From the IMG/VR virus record IMGVR_UViG_3300005613_000223, positions 1-34,644 of that record: a stretch of DNA of 34,644 bases. One strand, given 5' to 3'. The stretch is from a virus. Its lineage: Duplodnaviria; Caudoviricetes. Within the stretch, counting starts at the first letter, position 1. Every line of letters starts with the position of its first letter. This document shows, piece by piece, positions 26,203-34,490 of this stretch. Position numbers and translations under genes: made by a program. The notes beneath the pieces were generated by a model. It did no database searches, had not been told where the DNA came from, and saw only the letters and a program-made list of their open reading frames with translations.

Positions 26203-26603
26203 CTATTTACCTCCACTTTTTTCTGCTTGGGTTGTTTCTTTTTAGCTACCTTTTCTCTTTCAATTCTCTTAGCTTCAGTAGCCTTCCATAGACGATACCC
26301 CCGTATCATCATCTTCCAAGCACGGTTAACATCACTACCCGTGATATTCCCTTCAAAGGTTGTCTCATATTCTTTATGAGGATAAAGAATAATGGTTATC
26401 TTCCCGTTCGATGGATACTTCCCATCCCTCTTATACATCTTGGGTTCATACTTATTCTTATCAGGGTCTAATGCTGTTCTTGCCGGCGGTGCTTTCCTAG
26501 AACCTAATTGTTCCTCTGGGGATTTCTTCTCTTGTGCTTCTTCCTGTTTTCTAAGTTCCTTAATTTTTTTATCTGTTTTTTCTAAGCCTTCGCTCATACT
26601 CAC
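26199..26603 (-). CDS. Hypothetical protein
   Basis: GGAGGTG RBS. Lys-rich ORF between portal and scaffold. Confidence 0.6.
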   Translation of the reverse strand: MSMSEGLEKTDKKIKELRKQEEAQEKKSPEEQLGSRKAPPARTALDPDKNKYEPKMYKRDGKYPSNGKITIILYPHKEYETTFEGNITGSDVNRAWKMMIRGYRLWKATEAKRIEREKVAKKKQPKQKKVEVNR

Positions 26604-26606
26604 CTC

Positions 26607-26861
26607 CTAATCTAACCTCGCGGCTTTTACGTTATGTTCCTTACATAGTTTTTTGAGTTGTCCCTTAGAGGTAACGTGAATTGGATGGTCGGTAATATCC
26701 TCATAAGTCCAGGGGGTAAAGGGGTTGTATTTACCTACATCAAGTCCAGTTTTTTTCTTTGCGTTTTCTTTAACGCAGTTACCACACAACCCTTGTTTTG
26801 TAACGTTTGTATGGTAACCATGTTTCGGACAAGCTATCCCAATGTGCGTTACTTCCTTCAT
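26607..26861 (-). CDS. Small putative zinc-binding protein
   Basis: CPKH...CGNC motifs. ATGA-coupled to the portal gene. Confidence 0.55.
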   Translation of the reverse strand: MKEVTHIGIACPKHGYHTNVTKQGLCGNCVKENAKKKTGLDVGKYNPFTPWTYEDITDHPIHVTSKGQLKKLCKEHNVKAARLD

Positions 26862-28603
26862 AAAATATTCCCCATCAACTGTGCGTTCCCTGCAGCACGT
26901 TGACCCAATTCAGCTGGATTGTTCATCAACCCTTGCTGCTGTCCCATCCATTGTTGCGCGCCCATAGGTCCGCTTTGAGTTTCCTGTGCTTCCGGTAAGA
27001 CCGCCATAGCGTCCATCCACTCATACTCTCTAAGTAACATCCTCATCAACACGTCTATATTTGCTCGCGGGTTTTTCCCCACTGCTTGTATTACTTGCAA
27101 GATGTCTCTTTTCTTCGCTGCCTTCGTCATAGGGGTCATGCTTTCTACATCGACTTTAATGTCATACTCCCCCGCGATATTTGATTTATCGTATTCAACC
27201 CAATACTTAGCACCGTCTACTCCTACTACTTGTGCTACTTGTTTCTTATCCCAGCGGTCAAAAACGATTTGGTTTATTTTTCTGATTAGTTTCTGTAAGG
27301 CTCCCGCTACTATGTCCCGTCTTTCATCCATTCGGATATCATGTGCGCGTTGGACTACATCAATTTCCTTGGCGGTTCTTCTTCCTGGTGGTAATTCACC
27401 CATCTGCTGTTTAGAGTGTCCTAAGAGTTCTCTAACGTCGCTTCTGATTATTTCTGTCCACTGGTTTATGTCTTGAGGCATATGAGGTTGAAGCAAGGCA
27501 ACGACTTCTTTAGGCGCTCCCTTAACGAATACCGCAGGGCCTACATCCTCACTTAACATCTTGTCAACCTCATCAGGATCCATCCTTCCCTGTTCAATTA
27601 AGAATTTAATCAACGCTACCCGTCTATGATACATAGCTTGCGTCCTTGCTTCATTTACTTCAAGTTGTTGTGGCTCAATGATTTGCACATCACTAGGTCC
27701 CCAGTAATATTCAGTATCTTCATTGAAAGTAAAATCAACAAAAGGTAATCCTTCTAATTGAAGTTTGTCCTCGGTGGGCGGGCGTATCCAAGACTCATAT
27801 CCGGGGACAAATGCTTTGATTTCTCCTTTTTTAAAATCTCTGATTTCGTGTATCTCACAAAGATCTACATCTTTCATTAAGTCTTGAAAAAACCTGTTAT
27901 TAGGATATTTCTTGTTTAGCATCGCCACGTGAGTTCCTTCTAACTTCGCCGTGTTGGAATAGACAGGATCATCTTTAACATCTTTTGTGGGTCTGAGCAC
28001 CACATGATCTACCCAAGGGCATTCATCTAAAGAACGAACCCCGAAGGGAACGATAAAAAAATCAGGCATAACGCGGACAGCCCAGGGCATGCCAGGTTTT
28101 ACATTCACGTTGTACTCAACCTTATCTCCCTTTTTCCCTTGGTTAAAAGGTGTTCCTAAGATTTCGGAAAGTTGAGCACCGATGGATTTCCCCGCATGAA
28201 TAGACCCCGCTAAAGAGTCATACCCGACCTTGATAATCCCTCTATTGGTGTAGTAGCAATCAAGCACACTTGTTTTAAAAGCACTCTTGATTTCCAGTTC
28301 TTGGATAAGCCAGTTGTCTATCGCCTCTAACAATTTAGCTTGTAAGGCAAGACCCGGTTTATACCTCGATGATGTAGTTACATAAGGATTCCTAAAGTAG
28401 ATATTCGGTACAAGAGTTCTACCCATAGCGTATGTGAGGTTGTAAGGAAGGATTCCATTCGCCGATGAGTTATAACCGGAAAATATCCCCCTACCGTAAT
28501 CTCTATACACGCTCCAGCGTTTAGAGTTACCGTAGTCCTCTTTGTACCTCGTCCCTGCTTCGATTAGTTCTTCCCACTTTTCTATGTCGGCTTTATGTGA
28601 CAT
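26858..28603 (-). CDS. Portal protein
   Basis: 581 aa, between terminase and scaffold. GIIKVGYD, IIEPQQLEVN, RRTAKE and EYDIKVDVES motifs, with a Gln-rich tail. Confidence 0.85.
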   Translation of the reverse strand: MSHKADIEKWEELIEAGTRYKEDYGNSKRWSVYRDYGRGIFSGYNSSANGILPYNLTYAMGRTLVPNIYFRNPYVTTSSRYKPGLALQAKLLEAIDNWLIQELEIKSAFKTSVLDCYYTNRGIIKVGYDSLAGSIHAGKSIGAQLSEILGTPFNQGKKGDKVEYNVNVKPGMPWAVRVMPDFFIVPFGVRSLDECPWVDHVVLRPTKDVKDDPVYSNTAKLEGTHVAMLNKKYPNNRFFQDLMKDVDLCEIHEIRDFKKGEIKAFVPGYESWIRPPTEDKLQLEGLPFVDFTFNEDTEYYWGPSDVQIIEPQQLEVNEARTQAMYHRRVALIKFLIEQGRMDPDEVDKMLSEDVGPAVFVKGAPKEVVALLQPHMPQDINQWTEIIRSDVRELLGHSKQQMGELPPGRRTAKEIDVVQRAHDIRMDERRDIVAGALQKLIRKINQIVFDRWDKKQVAQVVGVDGAKYWVEYDKSNIAGEYDIKVDVESMTPMTKAAKKRDILQVIQAVGKNPRANIDVLMRMLLREYEWMDAMAVLPEAQETQSGPMGAQQWMGQQQGLMNNPAELGQRAAGNAQLMGNIL

Positions 28604-28604
28604 A

Positions 28605-28781
28605 TCAACTCCTCATTGCTTTAGCTACATTAGATTCACCCTTGCTGTCTTTACGGGAATGTACTTCCGATGAATATGATTTACCTCCGATTTTGCATAT
28701 CTTAATGTACTTATCCCCTTTTAGTTTCTTGGTGAAAACTTTCCCACCTTTTCGGATGCAGTTTAAAAACTCTTTAGGCAT
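28605..28781 (-). CDS. 58-aa basic protein
   Basis: GGAG RBS. MPKEFLNCIRKGGKVFTKKLKGDKYIKICKIGGKSYSSEVH... fills the gap before the portal gene. Confidence 0.65.
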   Translation of the reverse strand: MPKEFLNCIRKGGKVFTKKLKGDKYIKICKIGGKSYSSEVHSRKDSKGESNVAKAMRS

Positions 28782-28789
28782 ATTGTCTC

Positions 28790-29113
28790 CTACGCTACCG
28801 CTACAGCAGCCTTACCAGTTCCTACCACATTAAGCGTACACACCGCTCCCGTACCTGAAATCGTAGCTGTAATATCTCGTCCACCTACAGGTACAGGGTA
28901 ATCATTGTCCGGCCATTGGACTGCTTCCCCATTGGCGCCTGCCTGTAATGCGATAGTTTCATTCCCACTTCCGTCTAACTTAGCCCACGTCAATGTAACC
29001 TTAGCCACTGCCGCTGCCGGAGTGAGACACACCTGAACTAACTTTTGAACATTGCTGATTACTTCCCCGTTGGCTATTACGTGTAATTCCGTATCTGAAT
29101 ATACTTGTGACAT
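28790..29113 (-). CDS. Small beta-rich putative structural protein (paralog of the N-domain of 29122..29883)
   Basis: Shares QVCLTPAAA, TLTW and WPDNxYPV with its neighbour. Confidence 0.7.
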   Translation of the reverse strand: MSQVYSDTELHVIANGEVISNVQKLVQVCLTPAAAVAKVTLTWAKLDGSGNETIALQAGANGEAVQWPDNDYPVPVGGRDITATISGTGAVCTLNVVGTGKAAVAVA

Positions 29114-29121
29114 ATCTCCTC

Positions 29122-29883
29122 CTATCCTTTAGTTACCTGACATACTAAGTTTGCTGTGGATGCTTTTAATACTGTTGCCCGTGAAACTAAATTCGCACTT
29201 GAATTTGCCCTAACTGTTACTTGAGAAACTAGGTTTGCTGTTGCTGGTATATTTGTTGGTGTAATCTGACATGGTAATGAAGCAGTTGATGTCTTTAATA
29301 CTGTTGACTGTGCAACCAAATTAGCTGTACTTGTTTTCAACGCTGTTGCACGTGAAACTAGATTTGCATTTGATGTTTTTAATACTGTCGACCTTGAAAC
29401 TAAGTTAGTTTGTGAGTTACATCTGGCGGTAAGTTTACTGACTAAATTGGCAGTTGATTCTCTTAATACAGTATTGCGTGATACTAAGTTCTTGGTTGAC
29501 TCTCTTAATGCTGTGACTTGAGATACCAAATTCTCAAGACCATTGACGTATATCGGTGATGTCCCGCCGCTGGTTAATTGCTGGTATCCAACTACACTGG
29601 CTGCAAGCTGTGCACCTGCGCCGGTTAAAGTAACGGTTACATTCTGCCTTCTAACAATAACTGGATAGTTGTTGTCAGGCCAGGTCACGGAAGAACCATT
29701 TGCTGCGGCTGCCAGTTTTATTGCTTTACTCCCCCCGCTTACTTTATCCGTCCAAGTCAAAGTTGCGGTTGCGGCTGCCGCTGCCGGGGTAAGACAGACT
29801 TGAAATAATTTATTAACACCTTCAATAACATCAGCATTTTCCAGACCAGATAAAACCTCTACGTCTGTTATAAGTTGTGACAT
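29122..29883 (-). CDS. Putative structural protein: about 105-aa beta domain plus about 10 14-aa repeats
   Basis: AGGAGGT RBS. C-terminal NLVSRATVLKTST-type repeats. Confidence 0.7.
   Translation of the reverse strand: MSQLITDVEVLSGLENADVIEGVNKLFQVCLTPAAAAATATLTWTDKVSGGSKAIKLAAAANGSSVTWPDNNYPVIVRRQNVTVTLTGAGAQLAASVVGYQQLTSGGTSPIYVNGLENLVSQVTALRESTKNLVSRNTVLRESTANLVSKLTARCNSQTNLVSRSTVLKTSNANLVSRATALKTSTANLVAQSTVLKTSTASLPCQITPTNIPATANLVSQVTVRANSSANLVSRATVLKASTANLVCQVTKG
29125..29535 (-). repeat. About 10 copies of the 14-aa repeat
   Basis: ENLVSQVTALREST through ANLVCQVTKG. Confidence 0.85.
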
Positions 29884-29892
29884 AATTACCTC

Positions 29893-32181
29893 CTATGAAT
29901 ATCGTTTGTTCTGAACATCAAAAGGATATAACTGTTTGCCCCTGTGTAGTTTCTGAACACTATCCCTTATCTGTTGTAGTCCAAACACATTGTATTTCGC
30001 TTCCTTTTTCTTTCCTTCAAATCTCTCATACTCGCTTGGGATATATCTTTCTATCTGCCAGGAAAGGGCATCAATGATGTCGTCATGTTTACCCATGGGG
30101 AAGGTATAAAGTTCTTCTTCAAGTTCTCTCATACCTTTCTTTAAGAAAATTACCCCGTTCTCAAACAACGGTGATAACCTGTTTTTAATCCTTCCTTCTT
30201 TAGCGATTGCCTTCGCTTTCACACAGTCAATGTTGTAGTATTCGTTTCTCCTCGCCATACACTCACGAAAACCTGCCTCTAGGTGAGCATATCTATTAGT
30301 TTCTATTCGTATCTTTACCGCCCCGTCCAGCTTCGCGACATCCATTCCTTCGTCTATAATCCCTTTATCGCTTAACCTCTTTCGTCTATACCGTCTGACG
30401 AAAACCCCTTTCTTCGTATGCTTGCAGGAAACAATGGCCGTGTAATCTTGGCGCGCCTTTCCTGTCGGCGGGTCCGCCGGGTCGATTGTAACGACGGTCT
30501 CCCCGTCTTGAGGTAACTCATCTTCTTCGTAATATCGCGTCCAGTCGGGGTTAAACGCCATAAACTCTTTGGCAAGCGGCTGGTTGAGGTAGAGAGAAGA
30601 GTTTTTACTCGCATAACCCCAGCATACATAATTCCCACTTTCTGTTTGTAACCAAAAGACTTCTTCATCTTTGTCATATTCGAATTTTTTAACCTTATCT
30701 CTTTCCTTGCAAAATCTAGCTTGGTAAAGATGTTTGATTAAATTCTTTTTATCAGCAATATAAGCCTGATTTAAAAATCTTCTTCTGTCTTCCCATTTAC
30801 AGCCAAAAACAATATCATAGTTTCCTTTATCACTCTTTTTTTCGTGCGAATTGTATTCAAAACCTAATTCTTCTAAAGCATTTATGATTCCTTCATAGAT
30901 TTCAGGATGAACCCTTTTGCTTTGAGATAATGTTATATGTTTATAACAATGCCCTTCTCCGTCATAAATACCGCCAAGCCAATCCACCACCCGTTGCTTT
31001 TTCTTATCTAAAGAAGGAATATATGGGTCACAAACATAATGCAAAGTCAATGGATACCTTTTAGAACTTTCAATAGTCCTGTAGTCGGGATGGTGTCCGT
31101 CATTTCGCCTGTTTATATTAGCCAGCCATTTATGCTCTTTTGTGCATCTGATTACTCTGCCCGACTCCATATAGACTTTATAAACTGGAGCTATCAAAGA
31201 ACCCTTTGCTATAACCTTAGAAGGAACTAATTTTGTATTTTTTCCGCTATATTTTTTTCGTAAATCAAAACCTAATACTTCATCACCGACATTTACATCT
31301 TTAATCCTTTTTGCTGTAAAATCCGCCATAGTAATTGGCGCTTCAGCAGGATTACAAAACATATACTCCCCCATAGCCTTTTTAATATTCTCAAGCCTTG
31401 CGAGAGAAAAACGCTTATACCTCGGTGAACCATCTTCCTTAAAACACGGTTTATCGTATTCGTGAAAGTTTTCATTTTCTTTTACATAGTTGATTAGGTC
31501 ATACGAAGCCCAGCGCGTGCCCACCACAATCCGATAATCCTTTTCGTCAATGAGCAGCGGCATTGTAAGTCTATGAAAACCTACTGCCTTTTCTATATCC
31601 TCTTTGGAAGGCATCGCCTCCTCTCCTGTCAGTTCATCCTTCTTGGGTGCAACTGTATCGTCTTCAATAATGAGGTTGAAATGTCGCCTGATAATATTGC
31701 TTCCAACACCTGCGGCTTCGAATGTACCTTCTGGATAATCTTCTGGCCGTTTGAGTGTTGCACAAGTGTCAGACCATCTAACTTTGGAGAAATTAGGTAC
31801 CCTATCAGGAAAAAGGAGTTGGTACTCCGAATTATTCTCAACTATCCCCCTTATATAACGTACTGTTTTACAGGCATTCGGTGTTGTATTGGATGTTACC
31901 AATATCCTTATTCCCGGGTTCCTTGTCGCTTCCCATAAACAATACAAAGAAATAAACGTCGTCTTTAAAAACGTCCTCGGTAAAACTATTAACTTATCTC
32001 CGTCCTGCCCTTCGTAATCACCTATCCCCTGGATAAACTTACACAGGTCAGTATGAAACTCGCCATCATAATAGGCGGGGTCTAGGAATGTTTGGGCAAA
32101 CACCGAGAAATCACTCAGTAATGCTTCCCTGCCCCACGCTATCAGCTGTGGCGTCGATAATGTCTCTATGCCCTCTGGCAT
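29893..32181 (-). CDS. terL: Terminase large subunit (intein-containing)
   Basis: LPRTFLKTT Walker A-like, LIIEDD Walker B, VVGTRW coupling motif, and nuclease motifs TIDPA and FPMGKHDDIIDALS. Confidence 0.92.
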   Translation of the reverse strand: MPEGIETLSTPQLIAWGREALLSDFSVFAQTFLDPAYYDGEFHTDLCKFIQGIGDYEGQDGDKLIVLPRTFLKTTFISLYCLWEATRNPGIRILVTSNTTPNACKTVRYIRGIVENNSEYQLLFPDRVPNFSKVRWSDTCATLKRPEDYPEGTFEAAGVGSNIIRRHFNLIIEDDTVAPKKDELTGEEAMPSKEDIEKAVGFHRLTMPLLIDEKDYRIVVGTRWASYDLINYVKENENFHEYDKPCFKEDGSPRYKRFSLARLENIKKAMGEYMFCNPAEAPITMADFTAKRIKDVNVGDEVLGFDLRKKYSGKNTKLVPSKVIAKGSLIAPVYKVYMESGRVIRCTKEHKWLANINRRNDGHHPDYRTIESSKRYPLTLHYVCDPYIPSLDKKKQRVVDWLGGIYDGEGHCYKHITLSQSKRVHPEIYEGIINALEELGFEYNSHEKKSDKGNYDIVFGCKWEDRRRFLNQAYIADKKNLIKHLYQARFCKERDKVKKFEYDKDEEVFWLQTESGNYVCWGYASKNSSLYLNQPLAKEFMAFNPDWTRYYEEDELPQDGETVVTIDPADPPTGKARQDYTAIVSCKHTKKGVFVRRYRRKRLSDKGIIDEGMDVAKLDGAVKIRIETNRYAHLEAGFRECMARRNEYYNIDCVKAKAIAKEGRIKNRLSPLFENGVIFLKKGMRELEEELYTFPMGKHDDIIDALSWQIERYIPSEYERFEGKKKEAKYNVFGLQQIRDSVQKLHRGKQLYPFDVQNKRYS
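30601..31356 (-). mobile_element. Intein in TerL (252 aa) with LAGLIDADG-type motif
   Basis: Block A CNPAEAPITMAD, IKDVNVGDEV, block B IRCTKEHKW, WLGGIYDGEG, block F VFWLQTESGNY and C-terminal SKN followed by Ser. Removal restores MGEYMF|SSLYLNQP. Confidence 0.9.
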
Positions 32182-32656
32182 CTTTCTCCTCTTTAATCCT
32201 CCTAAGAGCGTTTATAAACCCCTGGCTGGGCTCTACTAAAATATTCCCTGTAACCTTTTCTTCCTTGACATACCCTGTCCTATCAAGGATATTAGCTGCA
32301 GCCCTGATAACAGCGTTTATGTCTTTAGACGCTAAAGCCTCCTTCAACGCTTGGGCGGCCTCTAAGGTAGCTTCATTCAGTTCTTTACGGGTAAGGTCTA
32401 GTTCCTGGCGGGCTTGGCTTTCTATGAACTCTTTATCCATATCAGCTTCCAACTTTTCCATTTCTTGTATAAATAAGGGTGAGTTAATGATTACATAAAG
32501 CCTATGTTCACAATATCCCAACTCCTCACCCGCTTCTTTTCTCGTTTTCCCGGCAAGCAATTTCTTCATTAAAGCCCTATGCCTGGGGCTTATACTCTTT
32601 ATTTGCTCTTTTTGTATTGATTTTGGTAGCTCTTTATGTTCCATATCTCCATACAA
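32111..32656 (-). CDS. terS: Terminase small subunit (HTH; probable start ATG 32644)
   Basis: HTH-like GKTRKEAGEELGY and AANILDRTGY. Overlaps the terL start. Confidence 0.7.
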   Translation of the reverse strand: MYGDMEHKELPKSIQKEQIKSISPRHRALMKKLLAGKTRKEAGEELGYCEHRLYVIINSPLFIQEMEKLEADMDKEFIESQARQELDLTRKELNEATLEAAQALKEALASKDINAVIRAAANILDRTGYVKEEKVTGNILVEPSQGFINALRRIKEEKDARGHRDIIDATADSVGQGSITE

Positions 32657-32657
32657 T

Positions 32658-32717
32658 AAAAAAAGCCCAGTCGTATATTTTGTACATCTTTATGTACAAC
32701 TATATACAACTGAGCTT
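32658..32717 (-). terminator. Long-stem intrinsic terminator/attenuator upstream of terS
   Basis: AAGCUCAGUUGUAUAU-AG-UUGUACAU-AAAG-AUGUACAA-A-AUAUACGACUGGGCUU followed by a U tract. The two outer-stem mismatches resolve as G-U pairs only on the minus strand. Confidence 0.75.
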
Positions 32718-32756
32718 CTAGTTTATTAGATTAGCTCTGTCTTAGGGCATTAACCC

Positions 32757-32984
32757 CTAAAACGCCTGATTGTCACCCAAGGAAACTACTTGTATTCTAG
32801 TCATCCTTATTTTGGGTTTGCAGAACATCTGGACATTTGCCGCTAATGGCTTGCCCTCTTTAAAATTTATCTCTACTTTACCGTTAAAATTTAACTCTTT
32901 TAGGCGTTTAATCAAATCATGCTTCCCAAACGACTCTTCAAAATCCTGTAACCAATCTATCATACATAGTGATAATCCTATCAC
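32757..32984 (-). CDS. Small leader protein (FNGKVEINFKEG motif, reminiscent of DUF2292/YezD-like proteins)
   Basis: First ORF after the promoter, GGGGGAA RBS. Family resemblance is tentative. Confidence 0.5.
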   Translation of the reverse strand: MIGLSLCMIDWLQDFEESFGKHDLIKRLKELNFNGKVEINFKEGKPLAANVQMFCKPKIRMTRIQVVSLGDNQAF

Positions 32985-33026
32985 TTCCCCCCATATATAG
33001 TATCCTAGACCCCTAGCTCCGTATAT

Positions 33027-33055
33027 ATTCTACCACATGTAGTGGTATATGTCAA
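33027..33055 (-). promoter_or_regulatory. Sigma70-type promoter for the morphogenesis operon
   Basis: TTGACA (33055-33050), 17 nt spacer, TAGAAT (33032-33027) with extended -10 TG. Confidence 0.75.
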
Positions 33056-33350
33056 CTAAAAGGTTATTTTTTCTGGAAATTTTTTTTATTGTCGCATTTG
33101 CGATCTGATATATATTGTCATACACAAAGTAGTGAAAATTGGTCAGGTTAGTGAGGTGGGTTAATTACTATATACCATAGGGGGAGGGGGGAGGTAACAT
33201 CCTTTTTACTGTATATCCTCTATCACATATAGTGATACTTATATCACTTAAAGGAATAAGCTAAATCAAATAACTATATTCTATGAGGCAATATAACATA
33301 TACTCTATATCATTGAATATAAGGGGTGTTATGGGCTATTTAGGGGTATC

Positions 33351-33381
33351 CTAGAGGGTGTCTAGAGGGTATCTAGAGGGG
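33351..33381. repeat. Three 11-bp-period direct repeats CTAGAGGG(TRT)
   Basis: ctagaggg at 33351, 33362 and 33373. Confidence 0.8.
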
Positions 33382-33394
33382 TTCTGATAGGGTT

Positions 33395-33718
33395 TTATCT
33401 ATTATGCAATATCCTATGGCAGTTAGGGCATACTGAGATTACATTGCTTTTCTCATATTTACCGCCTTTAGACTTAGGTATTAATCTATGTATATCACAC
33501 TTTGCCTTATCCCAACCGCATATAGAGCATTTATCAGTAAACCCACTGGCCCTTAACTTCCTTTTGAAAGCATCATTGAAGGCTGTAGGCACAAGTTCTT
33601 TATAATGCTTATCACATAATCTTCGCCTTATGTTACCCCCCTTGCGCCATTTCCCCCGGGTATTGCATCCTTTTACGCTACAATGCCCTTTCTTTCCTAG
33701 TAATCTAAGCTTTTGCAT
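33395..33718 (-). CDS. HNH endonuclease
   Basis: CSICG...DIHRLIPKSKGG...NVISVCPNCHRILH, with N-terminal CSVKGC...LCDKHY. Confidence 0.88.
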   Translation of the reverse strand: MQKLRLLGKKGHCSVKGCNTRGKWRKGGNIRRRLCDKHYKELVPTAFNDAFKRKLRASGFTDKCSICGWDKAKCDIHRLIPKSKGGKYEKSNVISVCPNCHRILHNR

Positions 33719-34012
33719 ACTTTATTCTACCATATTTAATTACAATATGCAAGGTGTTTTTGCGATGGCGAGGTAGCATTTTACCCTTGATTTTATTAGC
33801 TTTCTAAAATAGGGTATTTGTCTATAATGGGGTATTTTGGGCTTTATATTGCCTGAAATTGGTCTTTTGAGACTTTATATGGCCTAAAATAGCCAATCTG
33901 GGGCTTTCTAGGGCTTGGGGATTAGTGGGAAATTGCTTACTAAATCCTTATTTTCTGCCTTATTTTCTACCTATCTCTGTCTATATCTGTCTCTAATCCG
34001 TCTCTAAGGGTG

Positions 34013-34057
34013 TATCTTCTGTATCTTCTCTATGTTCTCTATCTTCTCTATGATCTC
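34013..34057. repeat. Five tandem 9-bp repeats, consensus TATCTTCTC
   Basis: tatcttctg tatcttctc tatgttctc tatcttctc tatgatctc. Confidence 0.85.
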
Positions 34058-34191
34058 TATACTTATTATTCTTTGATGCTATCTTGGCAAGTTTTCTTCT
34101 TTTTTCCGCGGCCAGAAACCACAATATCTAGTGGTAGTCCTCTAACCTATACCATATATTGTAATTTAGGCATATTTATTTTATTCTTTGC

Positions 34192-34221
34192 TTGACTTTC
34201 TGTATTACAATATGATATACT
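34192..34221 (+). promoter_or_regulatory. Rightward sigma70-type promoter
   Basis: TTGACT, 18 nt spacer, TATACT with extended -10 TG, upstream of an AAGGAGGTG RBS. Confidence 0.6.
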
Positions 34222-34268
34222 GTGTATGAGTGAGAGAGAGAGTATTAACCAATAAAAGGAGGTGAAAA

Positions 34269-34427
34269 ATGTTACTCACAGACAAGGAGCAAACCATTGA
34301 AATTGAACCAACTCAAGAGGAATGGCTTGTTATTGTTAAACCAGTAATATTTACTATGGACTCACCAGACTTGGAGAGGTATCTCATCAAATTAAGGAAT
34401 CAAGGGTTTTTTGTAGTAGGAGAGTAG
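34269..34427 (+). CDS. Hypothetical 52-aa protein
   Basis: Strong RBS. MLLTDKEQTIEIEPTQEEWLVIVKPVIFTMDSPDLERYLIKLRNQGFFVVGE. Confidence 0.65.
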   Translation: MLLTDKEQTIEIEPTQEEWLVIVKPVIFTMDSPDLERYLIKLRNQGFFVVGE

Positions 34428-34490
34428 GAGAATAACTTTACTTTTTAAAAAATAGGTGTAGAATATAATATCCATAAAAAAGGAGAGTGT

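Noticed and set aside
9733-29883. Shared repeats as the template/variable repeat pair of a diversity-generating retroelement
   Set aside because: No reverse transcriptase is present, and differences between copies are not adenine-specific.
7065-29894. Identical 14-mer AGGAGGTAATTATG before the genes starting at 7067, 11395 and 29883
   Set aside because: Most simply a strong consensus RBS plus start codon.
33340-34060. Short repeats as a CRISPR array
   Set aside because: Units are 9-11 bp and tandem, without unique spacers, and no cas genes are present.
34010-34195. 61-aa ORF with LYL repeats
   Set aside because: It is a by-product of the 9-bp tandem repeat and has no convincing RBS.
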